DNA from: Podarcis tiliguerta
Taxonomy: Eukaryota
Direction: 5' to 3' (one strand)
NCBI GenBank assembly: GCA_965153285.1
Contig: OZ229111.1
Length of the DNA stretch: 64,000 bases
Shown here: positions 50,801 to 59,146 of the stretch, piece after piece
Position numbering within the stretch: the stretch's first letter is position 1
Layout: each line of letters starts with the position of its first letter
The notes under the pieces: model-generated
Seen by the model: only the letters and a program-made list of their open reading frames with translations
Database searches by the model: none
Told to the model about the DNA's origin: nothing
Translations under genes and position numbers: made by a program

Positions 50801-53800
50801 TATACCCACAAACGCTATTCTGCACATTCAGTCATTTAGTTTGAGAGCAGAGATGGTGAACGGAGGTCAAGAGGCAATGCCTTGCGAATGCCAGTGAATC
50901 CAATGTGGTCCAAGGGCAAAGACTGCTTCACTTTCTCAAACAGTAAGAAAAATCACCACTTGCTTCATAAGGCTGTTGCGAGGAAGAAAGAGAGAGATTG
51001 GGACTGTATGATGCTATGCATATTTAAACTGTTCCATACATAATTATCAAGTTTCTCTGGTATCATTCCCAGCACTGAATGAGGGTCAGAACAGAGTCAA
51101 TGCTTCTAAATGAGTTAATGCAGCTTGCAATTTAGTAAGCCAGTTCTAAAATGGAAGCTATCTCCCACCAACATTAATAGCCATACAGAAGAAGACTGCA
51201 CACACAGAGTTAAGAGGTTAGAATGATCTGGAAACACCTAAGCCAAGATATATTACCAGAAAGTTTCCATCCAGGCCAAGTGAAAAGGACCCAAGACACG
51301 CAAGGCAGACTTAACTTCACCAATTCTATTTTATCTCGTTTCTTAAAAGAGAGAAGGGGAGGAAACACGAGCCACACAGCATATTATTTTTAGGCACAAA
51401 TACAAGCTTTGCAATCACACTTTGGAAGCACTGAAGGGCAAAACGGAAGGAAGCAAACTGGCTTTTTGTTCATCAAGAGGCTTATGCTTGCGGCAATCAA
51501 GACAGTTTGCAAGGCAGAAGGGCATGCTATGAGGCCCACGTACCAGCCGCCTCCTTCATTCCGGAGTCTGAATTATCCTGGTGTTGTGCCATAGAGCTCA
51601 TATGCTCCGCCCTCCCCCAATACTTTGGGGTCGTAAAACTGTTGGAATCAGAGGGAAAGGGTCAGTTGAGCTTAGGGAGGGAAAAGAAAGGAATGCAGCC
51701 AGACAGCTTAAGACCTGTGCAAGCATCTCACAAAGAGATGCCACTATTGTTCTACAGAAAACACACTCTAGGCCTATAGGTGTTGGTTAATTCCCTTCAC
51801 ATCCAAGGTCTGGGGAGTGACATTATTTTGGAGCTGAAAAATGAAGCCAGGCTCGTCACAGAGGATGTTGCAGAGTGTGCTACAGGAACTGCAGCTTCCA
51901 CTCATGATGCTTTAATACATTTATCAGAGCACTGCACTCTTGACACTTTTGCAGTGCCCAAAATCAGGCTACTCATGTTCCTGTGAGCCATGGAAAGGAG
52001 TCCCTCAGCAAGCAATCCCAGTTTGTTAATATGAGAGCACACCAGGGCATTCGTGGCCCAACTGACCTGGTCATTCCATCACATGTGCATTCCAACTGTG
52101 GAGACAGAAGCCAAGAACACCAAGAATCTACATGTAGCGTACTTGGCGCAAATCTCCATATTCATAGCCACAAATCCTCTTCTTAAAGAGAAAGTAAGTA
52201 AATTTTGATTGAGCCATACTTGGACATGTAAAGTTCATTCTATACCTTCCCCTATTAACTCAGAAGAAGAAAAGAACCTGATGCAAGTTCGCAGGAGACT
52301 TCAGCAAGGGATTTCAGTAAAGAACAGGAAACACCACACCTCCCAATGGGACCAAAACAAGGCTAAATAGTATTGGTGAACCCCTTGTCACAAGGAATAT
52401 GAAAATAATGGTGCTGAAGAGCAAAATGCTGACTACCATCCTGAATTTTAGACTATATGTAGTCACCTGGGAAGTACTGCCTTAACAAAGGCATGGCACT
52501 CTGGAAAGCCTTACCTGTTGACCTTGAGAAGTCCACAACAATAATCATTTTGGAAAGCTGTGCTGTGAGAACAGTTTCAGGTGGCTTGTGGACAGGCAGC
52601 ATTATTCAGCTGTAGGAATCTTTTACTGCTGATGTTATATAACATATAGCAGTATGTTGTATAGAATGCGTCATCTGAATTGCCTTTCAGGAGTTTCAGG
52701 TTGGGTGTGCATATGTGTGCTTTATTCTGTCACAGCTGATGACGCACTTTTAACATGCAAGCCAGCTTGGATGAATTTTTTAATCTAAAAGACAGCATGT
52801 AAACATTCTAAAGTAAAAATTGAAAAGATATCTAAGTGACAAAAAGGACAAAGGATAGAGAAATCAGTCGGAGCACAATCCTACAAGCGTTTTCTTGAAA
52901 ATAAGTCCCACAGTGTTTAGTGAAGCTTATACCCAATTAAGTGTGGATAACAGTTTTGCTGTTCTGTCTACTGTCTAAAAATAATCTTTGCCAGAAGCTT
53001 TGGATGCATGAGAGGGAGCCTAACTGGCCAATCAATCTTCAGCCAGTCAGAGTCCTATAAAAAATCCCCAATATGGTGAGAGGGTTTATATAATCTCTAC
53101 TGCCATCACAAACACTCCCAACAAAGCTTCTATGAGTTGAGAAAGCATACCACTCACTAATGAAAAGGACTAGCATAGGATACTGGTAGCAGGTCAAGAG
53201 CAAAAACACAGAATAAAAAGAGCAAGAATGGAGGATGGAAAGAGGATTCCACAAGACAACAGTTCAGCTGTTAGTCCCAACACATCTCCGCTGTTCATGC
53301 CTCTCAGTCCCACAAGGGAGACTAAAAGGTAAATGTTAAGAGAATAGATGACCAACCATAGAATTGGACGCAACAATGATTGGGGGGAAATGGGGAAGGC
53401 AATCTTCAGATACGTCAGTACAGATACCTAACAATGACAGCAAAAAACTATGCAGGTCCCAGAGGAAGAAGTGTATTTGCCCAGTAACAATGGCAGGATA
53501 GTCAATGTTGAGTAACTGATGACATTTCAGCATCTCTGTCTCTCCGATGATTCCCCAAACTACGGTCTCAAAAGATGAGAGTCTGATGGGGAGAAGGGCA
53601 TTGTTTGGTAAGAGATTAAAACTAAGAAGTGCTGGTATCAACCTGGAATAGCCTATGTGGTGCCCTCCAGATATTGCGAACTACAACTCCCATCAACCCC
53701 AGTTAGCATCACCAACAGTCAGGGACCATGGGAACTGTAGTCCACAGCATCTGGAGGGCACCACATTAGCTATCACTTTATAGAGCCACAGAATCATAGA

Positions 53801-55781
53801 GTCTGAAGGGACTCAGGGGCTCAAACACCCTGCAAGAATCAAATGAAAAAGCAAGCAAGTGAAGGGGATGAGTATTTGGAGGATGAAAAGTGACATTTTG
53901 AGAAGTAATCCGTCTACTTCTTTGTTCATTCATTTCTGTTCGCTGGTGAAAATCCTTTAATGCAAAATTCCAAGATTATGATCTCAAATGGAGGGAAATA
54001 TTTTTTGATGTCAGGTTCACCCAGAGAGTTCCTTGAGAGCCGGTCCGCAAATACATGACTGAAAGAGTAATATTTTGCACGTTCAGTGAGAGGTAAGCTC
54101 CACTGTGTTCAGTGGGGCTTACTGCTCGGTTAAGTGTGTTTAGGACTACAACCTGGGTATTCATTTATTTATGGTATATATATCTGTATACTGCTTTTCA
54201 CCTGAAGATCACAGGCTGGTTCACAAAATGAAGACACAAAACACATAATCAAACCAAAACAAACGAAGGTACCTGTTTGATCTCAAGAAAGTCCCACAGC
54301 AGCTACCTGACTGCTTTCCAAAACTCCAACTGCTAGTCCCAGGCAGAAGGAAATTATCACCGAGCAACAGATGAATACAGGAAAGTTTCAGATCTGGTTA
54401 CCAGAAGCCTGCTACCTGCAACTACACTCTTCCAACTGAAGAAATGTTCTCTTTTTCTACTGCAAGGCTAAAGTGGTCAGAACACCTGTCTCTCCTCCAC
54501 ATTTTGAAGAAGCACATGGGCTATTCACAGGCATGTAAGAAGGGTGAGCCTTGAAGTAAATAAGGAAAATCTCCCTGAAACTATGGCAAATAGGATACCT
54601 GTGCGATGTATGGTTGAGAGTCTTTCTTAGCCACCCTCCTATCAGGTGGGCAGTCCTCACCCACCAGATTTGGAAGCAAGGGACAAGACAGAAAAGGGGA
54701 AAGAGATGAATGTGTTGATTCACCCCTTCAGTGTCAACACAATGATTGCTTCAGCCTAGCCATCAAGAGCACTGTCCCCAGAGAACATGGAGAAATAAGT
54801 TTAATATCAATATTTGACTAATGTACTTATTGATGCTGTTTATTTGCCTTTGGAATGCTTCATTTTCAAGCAAATACTACACTTCCCTAACACGCATTTA
54901 AAACAGCTCACAATAGCCGAGGAAGTGCCTACATTAACGTAAAGCCAATATAAACTGTAACAAAGCAGAAATTATTGCTAGCCAGTGTATTCACACAGTG
55001 AAGAATTCTTAGCACCAGGTATTGGGGAAGATTAACTGAAAAGAGAAGAGGGCAGCTACTATAAGCTATTACATCTTGAAGAATGGTGATGGTGAAGTGA
55101 TAAAAAGAAAGAGGTAATGAGTGGTGGTGGGAAGGAATGTGTTGGATACCAAAGTTGCCAAATACCTCTGGATCAGGATAATGCTTTATGTGCATGTGAT
55201 GAAGGGGATTCTGGCCCGTGAAAGCATGTGCCATAATAACGTCTTATGGTCTGTAAGGAGTTTGGGGGTTGTTGTTTTGCTACAGAGAGATTAGGCATGC
55301 AAATAATCATAATTTGTATACTGTCCTTCATCCAAAGATCACAATAGAAAAATGCAAATTATTGCAATTCAGGACAGTTTTGTGAATGGATCCTAAACAA
55401 GAATCTTCCTTCCTTCTCCCACCTACCAGGAGTAGATCTCGCCCCGCCCCAACTCAGTAGCTGCCCGCCGCATCCCACATACATGGGTCAAGGGTAGAAT
55501 TGGAAGGGATTCCGACGATCATCCAGCCCAACCCCTTGCAATTGCAGGACCCTTTCACCCAACGTGGGGCTCGAACTCACGACCCTGAATTACGAGTCCC
55601 ACGCTCTACCCCCTGAGCCATCCCACTCTGGGGTCTGACCGGGAGGCGTTACCTGGTGGTTGATCCCCCAGCCCAGCACGCCCAGCAGAGGGTCGGCTGA
55701 GCGCAGCACCTTCACACGCTGCGGCACGAAGTGCTTCTTCTTGGTCTTCGTGCGGGTCCCCGGCCCCACCGAGGCTGCCAT
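20892..55781 (-). CDS. PIP4K2C: Phosphatidylinositol 5-phosphate 4-kinase type-2 gamma, spliced CDS of 10 exons, 402 aa
   Basis: join(complement 55781-55653, 45753-45656, 43165-43069, 37864-37721, 35239-35093, 29232-29194, 28185-28072, 23885-23630, 21634-21531, 20972-20892) = 1209 nt, all GT-AG and in phase. Motifs [32 protein letters not shown]; gamma-like [20 protein letters not shown]. Confidence 0.96.
21531..21634 (-). CDS. PIP4K2C: PIP4K2C exon 9
   Basis: [34 protein letters not shown] (activation loop). Confidence 0.96.
22825..23178 (-). mobile_element. Sauria SINE
   Basis: Reverse complement of the same family with (aaaggt)n tail. Confidence 0.9.
23630..23885 (-). CDS. PIP4K2C: PIP4K2C exon 8
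   Basis: [18 protein letters not shown]...acidic insert...[10 protein letters not shown]. Confidence 0.96.
25744..26093 (+). mobile_element. L2-clade LINE 3' end
   Basis: Same family as 50190-50510; [15 protein letters not shown]...FRRHLK; (att)n tail. Confidence 0.85.
27047..27383 (-). mobile_element. Sauria SINE inserted in an older repeat
   Basis: Family sequence on the minus strand; degenerate TSD ctgaaagctgtta / ctgagagctatta. Confidence 0.88.
28072..28185 (-). CDS. PIP4K2C: PIP4K2C exon 7
   Basis: [38 protein letters not shown]. Confidence 0.94.
29194..29232 (-). CDS. PIP4K2C: PIP4K2C exon 6 (39 nt)
   Basis: [13 protein letters not shown]; ttttttcccag acceptor, gtaatt donor. Confidence 0.94.
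30843..31290 (+). mobile_element. Older L2-clade fragment
   Basis: [18 protein letters not shown]-like coding remnant followed by an L2-style tail. Confidence 0.7.
31587..31653. repeat. (AC)n(AG)n compound microsatellite
   Basis: Directly visible. Confidence 0.95.
35093..35239 (-). CDS. PIP4K2C: PIP4K2C exon 5
   Basis: [49 protein letters not shown]. Confidence 0.96.
35609..36131 (+). mobile_element. Same MITE family, copy 2
   Basis: Same TIRs and left arm; TA TSD. Confidence 0.85.
36494..36739 (+). mobile_element. L2-clade LINE 3' end
   Basis: Same tail family as 25744 and 50190. Confidence 0.8.
37721..37864 (-). CDS. PIP4K2C: PIP4K2C exon 4
   Basis: [48 protein letters not shown]. Confidence 0.95.
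38120..38620 (-). mobile_element. tRNA-Lys-derived SINE with CR1-like tail (split by the Sauria SINE)
   Basis: Reverse complement gctcagttagtagaacatgagactcttaat...tttgagccccaccttgggc resembles tRNA-Lys(CTT), followed by a CR1 3' end. Confidence 0.75.
38161..38515 (+). mobile_element. Sauria SINE nested in a tRNA-Lys/CR1 SINE
   Basis: TSD aggaccatcta (38150-38160 / 38516-38526). Confidence 0.9.
39053..40031. mobile_element. AT-rich non-autonomous hAT element (979 bp)
   Basis: TIR tagtgatgt / acatcacta; TSD gtcacaaa / gccacaaa; subterminal arrays of the GAGAATATTCTC palindrome. Confidence 0.8.
40179..40797 (+). mobile_element. Same MITE family, copy 3, with internal 89-bp tandem repeat
   Basis: Same TIRs, TA TSD; gcagagctgc recurs at 40312, 40401, 40490 and 40579. 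Confidence 0.88.
41408..42850 (+). mobile_element. Young 5'-truncated CR1 LINE with uninterrupted ORF2 RT region
   Basis: Open frame from [21 protein letters not shown] through ORF 41582..42766 ([23 protein letters not shown]); (attctatg)n tail; possible TSD ttctcca. Confidence 0.95.
43069..43165 (-). CDS. PIP4K2C: PIP4K2C exon 3
   Basis: [32 protein letters not shown]. Confidence 0.95.
43354..43677. mobile_element. GC-rich hAT MITE
   Basis: TIR cagtggcg / cgccactg; perfect 8-bp TSD catcagtg; internal duplication acccggggcaaggcaagtaatttgcgccc. Confidence 0.85.
44394..44703 (+). mobile_element. Same MITE family, copy 4
   Basis: Same TIRs, TA TSD; internally shorter relative of copy 1. Confidence 0.85.
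45656..45753 (-). CDS. PIP4K2C: PIP4K2C exon 2
   Basis: [33 protein letters not shown]; AG/GT bounded. Confidence 0.95.
45962..46100. mobile_element. Short palindromic MITE (older relatives near 9990-10290, 38690-38800, 48780-48910, 53640-53775)
   Basis: ttcctcaaactcggccctccag...actacaattcccatc / gatcatgggagttgtag...ctggagggccgaggttgaggaa fold-back structure. Confidence 0.75.
46918..47176 (+). mobile_element. Same MITE family, copy 5, with internal hairpin
   Basis: Same TIR pattern, TA TSD; 31-bp inverted repeat 47017-47047 / 47057-47087. Confidence 0.82.
49590..50512 (+). mobile_element. L2-clade LINE 3' fragment
   Basis: [39 protein letters not shown]; tail gccgcccagagtggctggggaaacccagccagatgggcggggtataaat plus (att)n. 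Confidence 0.88.
50515..50747. mobile_element. Tigger/mariner-like MITE inserted in an L2 (att)n tail
   Basis: TIR cagttgtaccttgg / ccaaggtacgactg; TA TSD. Confidence 0.85.
50750..50803. repeat. (ATT)n microsatellite, L2 tail-derived
   Basis: Directly visible. Confidence 0.9.
55495..55624 (-). mobile_element. tRNA-Lys-derived SINE with CR1-like tail, start of PIP4K2C intron 1
   Basis: Reverse complement gctcagggggtagagcgtgggactcgtaattcagggtcgtgagttcgagccccacgttggg plus CR1 tail. Confidence 0.75.
55653..55781 (-). CDS. PIP4K2C: PIP4K2C exon 1
   Basis: [43 protein letters not shown]|gtaacg, in a CpG island. Confidence 0.93.
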
Positions 55782-55995
55782 CCCCGGGCGCCGCCGCCGC
55801 CGCTGCCAGCCTCGCCCGCTCAGCCGCCCTGCCCGCCGCTCGCTCAGCCTCGCCGCCGGCAACGGAAGCGGCGATCAGCTGATGCCGCCGTCACGTGACC
55901 CGAGGGAGGGAGGGAAGGAAGTCGGCTGGGACAGAGAGGAAAAGCGCGAAGTGACGCACAGAGGGAGGGAGAATGACCTGCACTTCCGGTAGCAG
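55780..55995. promoter_or_regulatory. PIP4K2C CpG-island promoter with CLEAR/E-box, ETS and CRE-like motifs
   Basis: GTCACGTGAC 55890-55899; CGGAAG 55863-55868; GTGACGCA 55951-55958; ACTTCCGG 55982-55989. Confidence 0.75.
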
Positions 55996-56062
55996 ATGAA
56001 TCATAGGTAGAATGAGAGAGTTCATTACAGATGCAAGAATCTCAACTAGACCATACAGGGCA

Positions 56063-56459
56063 TAGAATCATAGAATCATAGAGTTGGAAGAGACCACAAG
56101 GGCCATCGAGTCCAACCCCCTGCCAAGCAGGAAACACCATCAGAGCACTCCTGACATATGGTTGTCAAGCCTCTGCTTAAAGACCTCCAAAGAAGGAGAC
56201 TCCACCACACTCCTTGGCAGCAAATTCCACTGTCGAACAGCTCTTACTGTCAGGAAGTTCTTCCTAATGTTTAGGTGGAATCTTCTTTCTTGTAGTTTGG
56301 ATCCATTGCTCCGTGTCCGCTTCTCTGGAGCAGCAGAAAACAACCTTTCTCCCTCCTCTATGTGACATCCTTTTATATATTTGAACATGGCTATCATATC
56401 ACCCCTTAACCTCCTCTTCTCCAGGCTAAACATGCCCAGCTCCCTTAGCCGTTCCTCTA
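56063..56459 (-). mobile_element. Young CR1 3' fragment nested in an older CR1
   Basis: Near-identical to 42450-42845; flanked by agggca; older diverged CR1 continues 56460-56715. Confidence 0.9.
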
Positions 56460-57799
56460 AGGGCAGGGCAGATGGCCATCCAGCCTCTGCTGAAAAACCT
56501 CCAAGGGAGGAGAGCCCACCACCTTCCGAGGAATCTGATCTGCTGCCGAGCAGCTCGTAGTGACAAAAGGTTTTCCCTGATATTTAGTCGGCATTTCCTT
56601 TCTTGTAACTTGAAGCCGTGGGTTCGAGTCCTGCCCTTCGGAGCAGGAGAAAACAAGCACGCTCCACCCTCCACGTGGCAGCCCTTTAGACATTGGAAGA
56701 TGGCTATCATATACTTTTCCTCAGACCTTGTGGGGGGCCGGACTGTATTTTGGAAGGGGGGGGGGAGAACGAATTCCTCTGCCCCACAAATAACCCAGAG
56801 ATGCATTTTAAATAAAAGGAGACATTCTACTCATGTAAAAACACAGATTCCTGGACTGTCCACGGGGTGGATTGAGAAGGCGATTGGGCCAGATCCGGCC
56901 CCTGGGCCTTAGTTTGCCTACCCATCATATATCTACTCGCAGGCCCATGAGCTGCACCTCGCTTCCCGTGCAAGGCCGGACCAGCGCCCACCTGCCCAGC
57001 CTTCGCACCCATTCCTGAAGGGGAGCCTGGCGTGGAGCCAGGGCAGGTGGGCCGTTGTCTCCGCTGAGGGAGACGGCTGCACGCTCCGTAAGCGCTGGGC
57101 GGGAGCCTACTTCCGAGTCCACGCATTACAGTCCTGCCCTCCCTGTCTCAGATTAGCTGGTTTAATGTAGGTTTTGGATGGCTGGTATTGTTTCATTACG
57201 CTTTCCACACAACGACCCTGTGAGGTAGGCTGGGGGCAGGTCCCTCCACTCTCTATTTTCTAAGCCAGCATTGCTTCCAGGAAGTTGCTGTTGGGGAAGG
57301 AAAGGAACTAACAAGATTTAAGACAACATCCAGAGTGACAGAACGGAAAATCCCCCCTCCCCAGCCAAAATGTATTGGGTCGGCCCTGTTCCAAAGTGTT
57401 ACTGATTGTGATTGTGAAGGCAAAGTATTGCAACTACGGCTCGTAGCCATTGTTCTCCGTTGTCTGATCCTCCTTTAAAGCCATCCAAGTGGTTAATATA
57501 CTGTGGTGTCCAGACCGGACTAGGACCCAGGTGTCCAGGGTTCAAGCCCCCTCTTGGCTATCAAGCTCCCTGAGTGACCTTGGACCAGGTTATGAGCTCT
57601 CAGCCTAGCCTACCTCACAGGATTACTGTGAGGATAATTTGGAGAGAGGGATTGCATCTTGTGCACCACTTTGAGTTCCGTGGAGAAGATGTAGAGTTTT
57701 CACTTAATAATACAATAAAGCACCAAGAAAGGCCTCTAGCTGCACAAACATATTTTAAAAAGATACCTAGAGGTGGCAAATGTGGGTGAGCACATAGGC

Positions 57800-58126
57800 C
57801 ATGGGTAGGCAAACTAAGGCCCAGGGGCCGGATCCGGCCCAATCGCCTTCTAAATCCAGCCTGCAGACGGTCCAGGAATCAGCATGTTTTTACATGAGTA
57901 GAATGTGTCCTTTTATTTAAAATGCATATCTGGGTTATTTGTAGGGCCTGCCTGGTGTTTTTACGTGAGTAGAATATGTGCTTTTATTTAAAATGCAACT
58001 CTGGGTTATTTGTGGGGCATAGGAATTCGTTCATTCCCCCCCCCCCCAAAAAAAAATAGTCCGGCCCCTCACAAGGTCTGAGGGACAGTGGACCAGCCCC
58101 CTCCTGAAAAAGTTTGCTGACCCCTG
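57800..58126 (+). mobile_element. hAT MITE (same family as 9082) with internal duplication; partial inverted copy at about 56719-56926
   Basis: TSD acataggc / acctaggc; duplicated tgtttttac.tgagtagaat...gggttatttgt block. Confidence 0.85.
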
Positions 58127-59146
58127 ACCTAGGCAGACAGAGAAGGTGGCTTCATAATACAATAAAGCCCCCCCCCCCATTTTTTTAAAGACGATTCAGC
58201 CCACTGGAACCTATAATACACCGTGACCTAATGATGAACGACTAGCCAGCCAACACCTGGGCAAACAGGTGAGTTTTAAGGAGGGGCCAGAAACTGGACC
58301 CCAGCCATGGCCTGCCTTATTTTCTTGATTATCCAGAGGGATGCAAAGCTGGGAGAATTGGGGAAAACTCTTAAGGGGAGCCTAGATCCAGCTTCCTGAG
58401 CCTTCTGCTTGGGGGTAAATGCAGGGGTGGGCCACACGCTTGGCAGCTGCCTGAAGTTGCCCAGTGGTGCCATGGGCCTGGCAGGGAAAGCGTTCCTGGA
58501 TCCCAGAGCCCATTGGCTCCAGTCCTTCTTCAGGCTCTGACCTCACAACCAGCTGTGGAATCCTGCAGAATGTTTGGTTTCCTAGGAGGCCAGGTGAGTT
58601 GTTTAAAAGGATCCCTGGGTCAGTTGAAAGCCAGTTGAATCAGTCAGCCGCCCATAAAGCAGCCATTCTTCTTTTGTTGTCTTGAAAGCTGTTTGACTGA
58701 CTTTCTGGGCCTTTTTGGTTCTGAAGATCTTTTGCATAATGTGCATAATGGTGGCATAGAGGTAAAGTCATGGGAAAGGAGGGAGGCATCCTGAAGATTC
58801 GTGCCCCCGCCACATGCCTAGTTTTTAAAGATGCTCCTTGGTTATTTGACCTTTCTAACCCCCATGCTGTGTGTTACATGAGCCAGCAATTTCCCCAAGG
58901 AGTTTTCAGATGAATTTTCTGAGTTTTCATTATTGTCACCATCCAAATTGCAACAGAACTGCAACAGTTGGAGTCCAGTAGCAACATCTGGAGGGAACCA
59001 GGTTTGGGGAGGCTTGATGTAGAAGACATCAGGGTAATTTAGCATCGTAACACTGGGTGACTGGGCAGAGGTTTATTTTGGCCCTGAACAAGGGCTGGAG
59101 ACCTATAGCACAGACTTGAGACCCCTGCTTCTCCCTTCCTCCACAG

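Noticed and set aside
53030-53640. Possible degenerate LINE or coding remnant in PIP4K2C intron 1
   Set aside because: No motif or family could be assigned with confidence.
55556-55624. Possible tRNA-Lys gene (also 38560-38620)
   Set aside because: The anticodon arm is degenerate and the sequence is fused to a CR1 tail, so it is a SINE head.
55782-55862. Arg-rich extension upstream of the PIP4K2C ATG
   Set aside because: Non-ATG start in a GC-rich 5'UTR; the ATG at 55781 gives the expected N-terminus.
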